A DNA stretch of 62,918 nt, counting the filler, from Perkinsus chesapeaki ATCC PRA-425 (lineage: Eukaryota > Protista > Perkinsozoa): NCBI GenBank assembly GCA_013115145.1. It is 14 parts of 14 records of this genome, joined end to end, with 100 filler letters (N's around TTAATTAATTAA, not from the genome) between each part and the next. Parts side by side here need not be neighbours in the genome. Positions count along the whole stretch, not along the records: positions 20,041 to 37,015 come from JAAPAO010000694.1; positions 37,116 to 38,906 come from JAAPAO010001783.1; 12 more parts are not named here. One strand, given 5' to 3'. The notes under the pieces were generated by a model. That model was not told the origin of the DNA. It ran no database searches and saw only the letters and a list, made by a program, of their open reading frames with translations. Positions within the stretch are counted from its first letter, which is position 1; every line of letters starts with the position of its first letter. Shown one piece after another: positions 25,038-37,481 of the stretch. The position numbers and the translations under genes are program-made.

Positions 25038-28000
25038 CAGTTGGTCCAACTGGGTATCAATCATCATCGACTGCGATCATGAGATGCACAGCTCCGCTAG
25101 GCAAGCCACTTATTCACAGCTTCGAGAATGCCCTCCACAACGTTCCTGATTGAACAACCGGATAACTTTACGAAAAGAACTCCACGAATTCAATAATAAA
25201 ATTAAAGAGCCTTGACCGCTAAGGAGAAGTTTCCGTGGATAAGCAACTCTCACTACTTACTTGTCGGAGTGACCACACCAGTAGCAATGTGACGCGCCCT
25301 TCACCTGCGGGAGGTATTTGAGTCGGCTATTATATTTAAGCGTTCGTTATATCTCACCCACATAACATCGAGGCCCTTTCTTGCTTCAGTGATCGAAGAT
25401 GGATACCAAGGATCGGCATCACCATTAATGGATAATATATTTGTAGTTTTATCCAAGTCTTTCTCAATGTACCGCTGAAAGTCTGCGATGTTCTTAAGTA
25501 TCTTGCCAACTCGAAATCACATAATCTATTGTACACGACAGCATACCTCATCCTTGGACAGTCCGAAGCCTTCTTTACACGCCATGAGCCAGAAGTCAAC
25601 CGAGCTTTTAGTTGTATAGAAAGGACAGCTTCCTCTGCTGCACTCCAGGAACCCTTGAGTGTTGCATTTTCCGAAGAACCCTAATCTGAGTGGGCTGTTG
25701 TCCATTCTATTCTTTAATCTGCAAACATCGGGTCTTCCGTAAAGAACACGAAGTTTGAACTGTATTGTCACTAACCTACTGTATTACAAATCAAAAAATA
25801 ATCTCGCCGAAAGCATTCGACAATATCCAGGCTTGAGCGGTTGATTTGTATTATAGATGTCAGCCAGCTTGTCGAGCGCAGGGTCACTAAATAAGAAGGA
25901 CGAGATCAGAAACTGAAATTTGACCTTACCTTCCTTTCGTAAGTCGATCACATATCCTCTTTATGTTGCAGTAAAGAATCCTTAATCCACAGTTAGGATC
26001 ACTATTCTGTAGCTCCATCCCTAGTAAACCGGCATCAACCGTGCTGACAAGCTCAATGATGTAAATGAAAATCGGAATAGTATCAATATTTACATGTATG
26101 TCTGATTCTTAACATCTTCGAGGACCCCAGCACAAATTCTAAGTTTTTCCTCGACCTCTCGGCGTCCTTCAGCTGTCTCCATGGACATGGCAAAATCCAT
26201 GTGTGCTTTGGTAAGCTACGAGAGATTTACAACTGCCCAAGGGCGACGGTTCTTATAACTCACCGTAGCCAGACATTGTGGACTACCTCCGAGGCTTGGG
26301 TTAGATAAGTCTTGGGATACGACGGAGTAGTACCTAAGCAGACTCGGTATATCACAGTCATTAAGTACGTGTAATTCTGAGCTCAGAATTCCGATTTGCA
26401 CGACGTCAGAATTAATAGTTATTAGCAAGCTATTAGCGACTAGTTATTAACCATTAGTTAGCTTTTTACAGGCTGAATGAAGCCCAGATGCACTCTATAC
26501 AGATAGCCTGTAAATTAAACGAATCCAATACACTCAAACTTCCCGGATGACCGACTCATAGTTTGCCAGTTCAAACTTGAATACAGCTGAGGACGTGACA
26601 GCTCCAATGAAGATGTCTCGGTGTTTCTTTCGGGCCAGAGCGGCGATAAGCTGAAACGCTCGATTTGGCTTTGACCGAGTAGTGCGAGATTCGTGCCCCG
26701 GCACCGCTGCATCCAAATAGGACTATCTTCACTCCAGGCTCTTTAGTCTGTAAGTCCCTCCCGAAGGCTGCGACATCAGCGATCATTTGCTCCATCGAGA
26801 AAAACCTCTTGAGCGTTTCGGTAGAGTATTCTTGTGTGGGAAAGCTAGTTCATGTGAAGTCAAAGCGAGGCTTACTGGATTTGTCGCATTGAAGGAATCA
26901 TAGTCTTCCATATACTTCTGTGAAAAGGTGCCAGCTCCCGGACCTAAAAATCGTAAGCGTTCTTTGAATGGTGCTTGTGTTTTATCCGGCCAACACACCC
27001 GCTGAGGAAACTCCTAGGTAACACACAAGAATCGATAGATCTACATTTACGCTGCCTAGGCATCTAGCCGTCCCATACTTAGCAGGGCTAGGCTAGCACA
27101 TTACGCATTAGCCTGCACGAATTTACCTTTTGAGTGGTCTATCGGCTGTTGAAAGGACAGACGGTCCCAGCGACCCAACTGCGAAAGGCTACGGCCCCCG
27201 GGCAAGGCTTGCCTGAGCAACAGAATGGAATAATTATCATATCATCGAATTTATTCAGCGTCGTTGTGGAGAATGGCGGCCGTGATGATGTCTGCAGTAT
27301 ATCCCTCCTCACGCGCTAAGAAAATCCGTGAAATTGTGGACGGCTCCTGACCAATGGAGGAAGCCAAGGAGGAGAGTAGTGAGCATGCTTCGAGTAGGCA
27401 GCGGTAAATGTCTGACAAGGTGGCAAAGACGAATGTATATAGGCAAGGCAACAGAACCCGCACGTCCGCGCAGAACACAGTTGAACCGCGACAGAGCCGT
27501 GAACATGGAACCGGTTCTGTCTACCCCTTCCCCTCCAGTTTGTTGAGCACCTCGAGACCCAGTTTGTGACGCTCGCGAGCCCCGCCAATGACTCCGCGTT
27601 ACTCTATCTGTTAAATAGAGTCGGTAGCTGACTGAGACCTTCTCTTTCGAAAGCGAAAATTCGACTCATAAGCGCCACTTATGGGGCTCAGCAGCCTACT
27701 CAGCGGCTGAGCCCCGGCTCGGAGTCGCTCTTGCGTACAGATGAGTGCGGCACTCAGAATGCCTCATAATCCAAGATAATCACGTTTATAACACTCGCAG
27801 GCGTATATCATGATCACAGTTCATATTCTCACAGAGCCACTGATCACTTGCCAGCGCTGATTTGCGTCTTTGAGATCCTGAGTTCTTATCGATCATTGCG
27901 CCGCGCTCCCGCGCTTTTAGTACAGCTCCACGCCGTGGAGTCCACGGGAACCCACGGCCACGGTGGCGGCGCCACCATACTGACGGGCGTTGCTATGGTT

Positions 28001-28221
28001 TCGAGCGCAGAAGCCTCAGCCCGAGTGAGTTCCTGCTCCCCCTGCTGGGTTGAGCGAGCTCCCTAAGGCCTTCACGGTAGAAAGATTAGATTGCAGAAAT
28101 CGTCATATCTCAGATATCATCCAGGAAGCAGTCATCAGTGGATGCTGCTCTGTCTGAGCTCAAGCCTCTCTTTCGTGATCGCGTTGCTGGTAAGAAGCTA
28201 CGCAACCTTTTGTTATCAGCG

Positions 28222-28359
28222 TTAAAGCTTACCGACCATCTTAGTGAGCTTGTTAAAGCTTACTATTCCTTATCGGCCTTCTTAGTAAGCTTGTTAAAGC
28301 TTACTATAACCTTATCGGCCTTCTTAGTAAGCTTGTTAAAGCTTACTATAACCTTATCG
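28222..28359. repeat. 42-bp tandem repeat (~3 copies)
   Basis: TTAAAGCTTA recurs at 28222, 28253, 28295 and 28337. Unit TTAAAGCTTACTATAACCTTATCGGCCTTCTTAGTAAGCTTG. Confidence 0.9.
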
Positions 28360-29451
28360 ACCTCGTTCGTCATTTCTGAGTAAATGGTTGATAATTAATC
28401 CTCACTAATAAACTCTGTTACATCCGCCCCCCGTGTTGTCAGGTGTGATATGCAATGTTTCTGACGCTGCTGATCATGCCGCTTTGCTTGAAGCTGCCAA
28501 AGCCTGTGGTGATGGCAAAAACGATGTCTTGGTGAGTCTTGTGCTCTGGAGGAAATTACCGAGTTTTCCAATAGTGATTCCGCGTGGTTGCAAGAATTTG
28601 TTCTACGTGCCCATGTATCTACTTAGCTGTTTTATGCTTCATTTACAGTTCATGTCTCTCCTAGACATTCATAGGATAATCGGCATCAGTTACCAGTGAT
28701 GTATAAATATTTTATCGCCGGCGAGCATCACCCGATATTGCATCATCGATGGAAGTTGTTTTCAGGCGTTTCCTGTGAGTCCGAAACTCTCTATCAGATA
28801 TTCAATGTGATACTTCATCTCACATTTACGCTATTTCGTTGCTTATACCTTCGCCAGCAAGTCGGCTGAAGGCAGTTGTTCTTCAGGTTTCTAATGCGGC
28901 ATCGAACATCGCTATAGGCCCGACTGATAGCTGTGACGATCGTCAATGGGATAAAAGTTTTATCCATGTGGATTTATATTTGTCCATCATGGACGGATAG
29001 TGAAGATTCGCACACGACCTATCATGATGTTTCTTATGATGTTCATAATACACAAGCTTTGTACAAGCAGTGGTCGTCAAATTGTCGTCAGTGTCGTCGG
29101 GTTCGAGGAGTGACACGTCAAATAGCTCTGGAAAACACAACAGCTCTCTTCTGTTCTAAACAGCCTTATAACCGACAGTGTTGGCTTCACAATCGATACA
29201 CAGCCGCTCACTCAGAGGCGTTGAGGCACAGCGAACACCTGGCCGATCTCAACTGTCTTCTGAAGTAAAAACGATGATAACGGTTGTTGCATTTCTAATG
29301 ATGCTGCCGAATTGGGTGGAGCACCGTCGGAGACCATTGATTGATTATAAGGAACAATGCGATCAGCGTACGCACCATGAGATTACAATCACAATATTCT
29401 CTGAGTACTTGGCTGAGTAAGAAATAATCCAGCGACAACATCTATGTGCAT

Positions 29452-32400
29452 TTAACGTAGCAGCCTGCTACGAGGGGAGGCAGCCGTTTTATTTCCGAGA
29501 GAGAACTGCATATGTCGCTTCAGTTTCTGTCTAATCCACTTCTTTATGTGACGTGCTTCCGGCTCTCGGCTCTCACGGACGTCGGCTCCATCCTAGATGC
29601 TATCGTGAGTGGAAGCAACTTATCTGTGAGCTTACTTGCTCTCTTGAGAACATGAGATCTGTGTGATGTGCTCCGGTGTCCATTATGAACGATTTGACAG
29701 AACTAGAACAAGGCATATTCCTGCAGTCTACACCTTGTGGGACTTCTCCCTCCGAGACGGAAACTGAGAATATAAAAAACAGAAGAACAGTAAGTTGCGT
29801 ATCTTGCACTGTTACAATATTGAGGTGTGTAGAAACCATGTGAAATAATCAAAGTAAAAATTCGAAAAGTTACGCAAGAACTGTCATTCAAGTCATTTCC
29901 GCTCTAGCCACTCCAGGCTTTCAACTACGCCCTAGTTACTAGGGTGCTAGTAACTAGAGAGTCGAACGTGAACGTTGCTAATGTAAAATATGCAGATTCA
30001 AATAAGCGAGTGAGCAAATATCTAAATCCTTACTAAGTTAGTAATACTAACATCAAGATAACCTGAAGGGCAAGATAATGAAGTGAATATATCTCGATTA
30101 TATATTATCAAGGAATATACAGTCAATGATAATAGCATTATGGTATATCTGTACGAGAACTGTTAGATCTCGCCTCCCCATGGGTCCAACTTCCCATTTG
30201 AAAAGACAACGTTACTCATACTGGCTACAGCATCTGCCATATTCCTCACGAACTGTAGGCTTGCCCGTTCCCTAGTAGTGACGCCGTAGCTGCAGAAAAC
30301 CATGGTCGGACCATGATGGTCCAAACGAAATCAATTCGAGGAATATTACAACTCCTCACATCCGGCCTTGAACGAGTCCATATCGAACTCGCTGGGCGGC
30401 AAGAACATATCATGCTCTGTACCCTGATCAGTACCGTGATAGGAACAGGAACGACCGAGAGACATCGTTGTAAATCAAGACGAACACGCAGCCATTTACT
30501 GCTATGCTTAAATCTTCTTACCATATCAAATCCCCATGGCATCTCCGTGCACTGCTGAAACAACCAACTGCCTTCGCACGTACTTGGAAGGTTGAACTCC
30601 CTCTTGCTGAAACGTTTAGAATTTTCGTGCATAAACAAATCTTCTTATGCAGAACTTACGTAGGAGTCTCGCACTTGATGTTTCCTGAGGCATTGTAATA
30701 CATGTTGAACGATTCCGCTAGTGCTCGCAGGCGATCCTGAGAGTACGAAGGAAATCTGCGACATAACTAATGCTGAAAGTGAAGCTGTGACACAGCTGCT
30801 GTGCCCTAAAGTTTATGACAATCTAGCGACTATTTCGGTACAAACACAGCTTCGAACAAATGCTCTTCACAAAAAGTAGCTGCAACAAGCTGAAGTTGAA
30901 GCAGAGTCTAATCTATACCTCATTCTCACCTGATCTGTTCGAGCTCGTTCGAAGGGCGCGCATGCCGTACGAATTGGATTGGCAGGTAAATTTGCAGGAC
31001 CACTTATCAGGTAGCTACTGGGATAAGGATAGTTACCTAGAATGAGATGTAAAAAATTACCAAACGTTCCGCGGGGTCGCGTTTAGCAAACACTATACAG
31101 AACTAGGCCGGATTCAATTGAATTCTGGGCTGGTTTAGAGGCAGAACCACATAAGAACTACAGCATGACTGTCGTCTGCCTTGAAACCTACCCATGGCCA
31201 TGTTCGTCCAAACTGAAGGCGATAAAAACTTAGCGAACTTGATAGCGAAAGTCGCTATCATGGCAGGTGAACGAGCCTCAGGGCACCCCCTAATAAATCA
31301 AGCGGGACACTCGCGTGGAGGTTCGACTTGTACTGCGAGCGCCAAAACGGAATGAGATCTTCCTTGAAGACTTGAGCTTCTTCTTCTGATTGTTCAAGTC
31401 TCTCAAGCAGCTTCATTGTCTCTTTGAACCTAAAAAGCCGGTAACAGTTGTGAGTTTCATATCACTTATACGAAGGCATAGTCGGCACTTAATTAGTGCT
31501 AATAATAACCTCTCCGCCAGTTACCCTTTTCCTAGAGACCATTAAAAGAATTTAACGGGATAACCAAGCAGTTTTTCGTGACGAAAATTTCATCCATTGC
31601 ATTGTAATTCGTCATCCAACGAGAAAAGACTACGACAAATTGTCGTCAATAATGCGTGTCGCTTCTTACTCTCTCGCACATACGGGCCCAGCATCTCGAG
31701 TTATTATCTCGTAAAAGGCACTCCTGCTAGGCTCGGGTGTAATACCGCCAATTGCAAATATTGGAGCTGATGAAGCAATGGCTCCATCAACTAGGTGAGG
31801 ATACCTGACAAAAAAGTATCGACACATTTGGCCAATTTCTCCAAATGCGCGGGCTTGAAAACTTGAGGTTGATCTACACCCACTGATGCGGCATCAGTGA
31901 TGCATCAGGAGACGATCTATCGAGTTCAATTAGTATCTAGCTCTTTGCCAATATTTGGTGCAATGTCACAAACCTACGACCTAACATGTGATATGGTCTA
32001 AATGAAAACGATAAAGAGATTTTCCACGTGAACGCGAAGAGAATGAGTCGCCGCTTACTTGTAGCGGAATGCGCTCGCAAGCATGCCACCATAGCTACCA
32101 CCAAAAGCGATCGTCGCAGTCGACGCTGGTAGAGAGTTCTCAATAAATATGTGATCGATTAAGACCTGCAAAATGCCATGAATTCCTGCGTTACGCAGGC
32201 TGCGTATCCTTCGCCCCATACGACACTTACCGAGTAATCTCCAAGAGCTTGCGCGATAGATAAGTAGCGCATGCAGTCGGAAGTGTCAGTTGGGTACACT
32301 GAGCTTTTACCATAGTAACGATGCTCGGCAAATACAAGCATAGCTCCTAGTTCAGACCTAAGGAACAATGAGTGCATAAGGTTCAGTCAACGAGCAATTA

Positions 32401-32780
32401 TGGAATACACAACGAGATAAGCTTACCCAAGCTCCCACATGAGACCTGTATGGTTGACATACAATTCCACTGCTCCTTCATTCCCAACATAAAAAAACAC
32501 TGGTCCACCTGGGCGGTAAAACTCAGTATATGTAAAGTATCTGACGGGATTCAAGTACCGATAATGCAATCACGCCGACGATACCTTTCTGTAAGATCTT
32601 ACCTTTGGTCAAATCCCCCAGGATCTGCATCGCTACTGAACGAGAAGTGATCTCGGTCTTGACGCAACCATCTCTCAGTACAGTTGGCCACAGTTGGTTG
32701 CCAGCTGAGTGGCGCCGCGTCAATAAATCCGACGAGTAGGACAAAGCCTTTGAACATGCGTAATTATAAAAAGATAACTG
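29452..32780 (-). CDS. Multi-exon serine peptidase family S28 (lysosomal Pro-X carboxypeptidase / DPP7-like)
   Basis: Ordered motifs: RQDRDHF, GGPVFFYVGNEG, FAEHRYYGKS, FGGSYGGMLAS (nucleophile, ~32085-32102), YPHLVDGAIASSAP, WLFQQCTEM, SNVVFSNGKLDPWG, GAHHTDL, HIKKWI. Separated by GTAAG..AG introns. Start codon not resolved. Confidence 0.92.
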
Positions 32781-33911
32781 ATGATGGTATGAATATTAGC
32801 TATGAAGGGCACAGGTTAACGTAGTTGGGCCCTTCTACTTGCGGATGGTTGAACTTAGCAGGAGCACTAAATAGCTGTAGGGGTCATGATAGAGGGAAGA
32901 GCGATATCTCTCATTATGAGAGATGTGCTGGGGGGACAGCTTGGCAAAGCTAAGCATCTGCACCATTCAGACTGCACGTATGCGCAGCGTGCGGTGCACC
33001 ATGGCGAGGAGCACATGATATCTTTCGCTGTTCAGCTCCGTGTTTCGATCTCCCTCTCCCACTATTGAGCAAGCTTGCGGACGGACAGTTGGGATTTGTA
33101 TATGATATACACGAAGTGTATTGAATTAAAATCCGAACAAGTCCGCCTCTCGGTCACGCATGCGTGCGGATTATGCATGTCACGGGATTCGAGGATCAAA
33201 GGTGTCGGGGAATCACCCAAGCTCTGGTCTTGCCTTTCTTGATCCGCCCATACTGCCTCCATTGAGGGGAGAGTCTCGCCAGTTTGAGAAGAACATGTGA
33301 CGAGATCCTTCTATTTCTGCCAAGCTGCTTTTTGTGTTCCCTTATTTCCGAGAGTCGAAAACTTTTGTGCATGCGCGCAACTATGGAGACAGATTGTTGT
33401 GTCACCCTGTAACTTTGTGGGCGGAGTCATGATCGAGACGACTAGCGCTCTGACCCCTGGAGCAACGCAACGAGCATAGACTGGACATGGGAAACCTTCA
33501 GCCCGCACGCCTTGTGCGGATGATATTCGAGAATACGGTGACAAGTGGTACAGCGCTGCGGCGGGAAGAGCGCCCGTGAGGTTGAAGTTGAACCGATAAA
33601 CCCGTCCGCAGGGTGGCTGCTGAAACGGACCGTAAAGGATAGTAGAGAAGACAGGGCCGCGCAGATAGCATAAGGATCCCAAGTTAGAGGCTACAAGCGG
33701 CCCTGCCCGGGTGCCCGGCGGCCGGGCTTGTCTGCACCGTAATACGGTGACCGTATCCGATGAACTTCATCGGATGAAGAGATATTCTCGATAAGCTGAA
33801 GGAATTCCAGACCCTCGGCCTTCCGTAGATCCACGTAGCACCGATAGCTATTACTGCAGACTTGTTGGTGGCGAAGTACTTGGATCAGGCTTGCCCTTCC
33901 CCCTCCTGTCG

Positions 33912-35468
33912 TTAGATCTTCGGTGGAAGTTCCACCGTGGAACCTCTTCTTAGGCAGTGCGAGGCGTATGCACTAGCTTGAGACTCCGGGGCGGTGCTGC
34001 AGCAACGGTTGTTACGGCCCGTAACAACCTGCAACAACCAGCCGTAACTCATGACTCGGCGTAAGTCGGAGTTAAACTGCTCGAGGGTCATGGGCAACTA
34101 GCTTCCAGCCACTTCGGGGTATCTTTGAGAATCCTCCTATTCAGCGCGAACGTGAGCTGCTTCATCCAGTCGACGCAAAACTGCAGTGACAGTTCGAATA
34201 GCCATAGAGATATCGGCGATAGATCCATGCCCTGCCAAGACTGTCCAATGAAGTCGATAGCACCGAGATTCGGTAGAGCATCTACGTGAAAATGTCATCG
34301 TTCGAGCCCTTCGATGTGGGCCGCTCTAGGGTCAGGGAGATCACTCACAGCATCTCGGAGGCTCTCAATCTCTGCGCAGGCGATAATCAAGGTATCTTGT
34401 AACGCATGCACGCCGTGCATGCGTGATTATCACGGCCGTGCAATGCACGGTTCCTAATCTGCCAAGGTCTTCGGTTCACGACCTGTGTAGTACATGAAAC
34501 ACCTGCTATGATAGTCATTACATCGTAGCACACAGCGAATTTCAGGAGCCAATCTAGCTTCATGACCTGGGGAAAGCTACCCAGGCTACAGATGCCTCTA
34601 AAATTCTGTGCAAAGTTACGGTATACACGAGCCTCACTTGACGCCCACCTTGTAGTCAAGAACGCCAGAGGAGCTGCGAACCTTGCACCAAGCCTGGAGG
34701 CCTCATCCCTAAGGTCCTCATATGCATTGCCGTGCCTAGACGGCATAGCGGGATGCGATAATCACCAAGAATGGCACAACTGGTCCGCGTCACAAGCCAG
34801 AGCTTCTCTGAAACGACTGCCGACACGAAGACCGTGATACTCTCCATCTGTCGCCAGGGCCACCAAGTTACTGCGCAAGTGATCCTCATCGAGACCGAAG
34901 TCCAAAAGAGTCTCTACAAGGAGCTCCGTCAGTCCCTCACCTGTCTTGTCAGTTACAACCGGAGCTGATAAGAGATACGCAACGAATCGTTGCCAACGCT
35001 TCTCCCTCGTACAAGTACCATACCACAAGTAGCCCGCAGTCTGCGACGCTGCACCATGACCTTGTCGCAACTCGCCGCAATGGGGCTGGACCAGCCGCTG
35101 CGTCCGCCAAAACAAGGCTGGCGATCCACAAAAACCGCTACCATACTAGCTTTCATCTCGGCCACCATGGCCCTAATGAAAGTTGGAAGAAAATGGGTTC
35201 TAAAAATGACCCCGTTTTCAGCCTGCGAAGCCAGTAGACGCTCGAACGAGCGGTGGCTTTGCCCTTCACAGACGCTAAAATAGGCCGTTCTGGCAACAGC
35301 TAGAGCTTCGATTCTTCTTGTGCTCGCCACCCCGGATTCAGCAATGGCCACTGACCTAATATGGGTAGCCACATCTAGATGCTTCTTCAATGAAGACAAG
35401 ATATCCCGCTGATGCTGCGGAGGAGGAATTTCAGTACCAAGGAGAAAGATATGATATGCGCTGTTCAA
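33912..35468 (-). mobile_element. hAT-like DNA transposase, frameshifted pseudogene
   Basis: PIAASCDKVMVQRR, TGEGLTELLVETL, LVALATDGEYHG, CHSW, LTTRWASSEARV spread over ORFs 34953-35468, 34762-35115 and 34387-34746. Confidence 0.7.
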
Positions 35469-35565
35469 TTGTGTCGTTTGTATACGAAGCTTAGCTTACG
35501 ATTATGTAGTAGCTTAGTAAATATATTCATATACTCTTCTTATACAATATTTGATGTATTAACTA

Positions 35566-37015
35566 ATGGGATCGGAGAAAGATTATGATGGTGCACCGTC
35601 CGGGAAATCGGATCGGTTCAACTTTCTTCGATCTACGGTATCTGGTATTATGGAGACTCAGGGTCGTCATAGCGGTTCATCGACGGCTCTATTATCTGAA
35701 CGGTCTCTCCGTAAGCTGGAGGACCCTTGTCTCGCGGTATCTAATATCGTTGGTTTAACGGCCTGTGGTCTCTACGGCATCGCTGATGGTTTCAGCTTTG
35801 TAAGTCCAAGTGGCCATACCCTTCAAGTAAGCCCAAAGGCGTTCGCTAAGTCTTGGTCTCTTGCAAAACCTCAACGTTTTGATGAGCCCTTTTGGCGGAA
35901 GCTGCTCAACATCCTAGATGCTGCCCGGTTGACTGCTCCTTTACAGTTATACATTCTTAGTTGGATTTTACCGCATGATAAAGCCTTGGTTGTGCAAGAA
36001 CACTGTCTGAACCATTGAGCTGCTTTACTGGCTTGGAATGGTATCGTCTTGCCGGCTGAAGATGCTGCAGTAGATCCCGTTTGAGATGCTTCGGTTGCTC
36101 TCAAGGTTAAGAAGTGGTTGGAGAGCTGTTATCAAGTACTCGCTGAGGTGGTTAAGGAGCTTGATAAGGACTTCATTGAAGTTGACAGTTCCGTTTATCT
36201 GCAGAAGTGGTCTTCCTTTCGACCGGTCACTGGTACTTCTTGGGGAAGCTATTGCGTTGCTGAGCGTCGTCTTGCTGCTGAAGTTGAGTACGTTCGCTTG
36301 GATTCCGGTGAAGGCTGGAAGGTTCGACGAGAACATCTTGTTGCTGCCCTGCCTCAGTATTCCTTTTTTGGCGATACTGCCAATCAATCCCAATGGCTGC
36401 CAAAGTTGAATCTTGCTAACAGTCTGCCAGCTTTTGATAAAGTTCTCGAAGATTTGGTTTCTTTGTATTCTCCTCTCACCCTTGACCAATTGTTGGGGTC
36501 AGTGGGAGAGGAAGTGGAACTCAAAGCGGTTAGAGGTGTTAACGCGGCTAAAACTACAACTTCTTCTGTGGGCGTATCTACTACTCCGACAGGCGGCAAG
36601 AGTGCACCTCGGGGTGTTTGTCGTCTTTTCGCATCTACTGGACAATGCTCTTATGGAGACCTTTGTAAGTACCGCCATGTGAAGGAGAGTGTTGTTGCTC
36701 CCAAGCAAGGTGATAAAAGCTCTTCGAAGACTGTATCGGCTGGGCCTACTCCTTCGGTATCGAGATCCAGTCCAACCCCGGTGACAATACCGCCTCCTCC
36801 CCGTCGTTCTGCAAGGTTACAGCAGAATAAAGGAAAAGGTTCTGCTAAGGCTGAAAAGTCGGTGGCAACTGCGTCGATTATAGAGGAGGATTCATCCTCC
36901 GCTGATATGCCGGCAGTAGCTAATGCTACTGTTGATACCGGAAATGGTCGGCCGAATGATATTTCCAACTTGGTATGTGAAGGAGTTAAAACGGTTGAAG
37001 GTTTTGTTCGCACTA
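35566..37015 (+). mobile_element. Gag-like ORF with CCCH finger, interrupted by two in-frame TGA
   Basis: ORFs 35566-36018 and 36118+ are in the same frame, with TGA at 36016 and 36082. Finger CRLFASTGQCSYGDLCKYRH. Confidence 0.6.
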
Positions 37016-37481
37016 NNNNNNNNNNNNNNNNNNNNNNNNNNNNNNNNNNNNNNNNNNNNTTAATTAATTAANNNNNNNNNNNNNNNNNNNNNNNNNNNNN
37101 NNNNNNNNNNNNNNNCCAAGTCTTACTCCGAGTGCCTCCTGACTTGCCTCGCTTCGCCAAACGATCCCGGGCTTACAGCTGAGATCTATACAAACTCGAC
37201 CGGTCCGTCTGCCAACTTACGCCGCCCCGCTGTCGACTCCGATCGATCCGAGCGAGACCGTCGCAATATGCGCCAGCGGATTCCACAACCTCCGCCTCCC
37301 CAACAGTGATTCACTCATGTCTCTACCCCACGTCTAGACCCACTACTGCCCCATCAGCTCAGCGGGGTTTCTTTGGACTTCCCGATTCTGTTACCCTGCC
37401 CTCTCACTGTCGTCGCTGCTCCTTTGTTGGACTTGTCCCTACTTCTCTATGGCTGTTCGGGCCACATAGTCAGTTACGGAC

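Noticed and set aside
26262-26271. ACCGTAGCCA as a relict spliced leader
   Set aside because: Only 10 of 22 nt match; about 0.1 such hits are expected by chance in this window.
28933-29268. H..H..C..C pattern as a second integrase zinc-binding domain
   Set aside because: No DDE core recognisable downstream; too degenerate to call.
36016-36084. TGA reassigned to Trp or Arg (in-frame TGAs here and at 47071)
   Set aside because: Dead elements in the window also have in-frame TAG and TAA and frameshifts, and conserved Trp codons in host genes are TGG; ordinary decay explains it.
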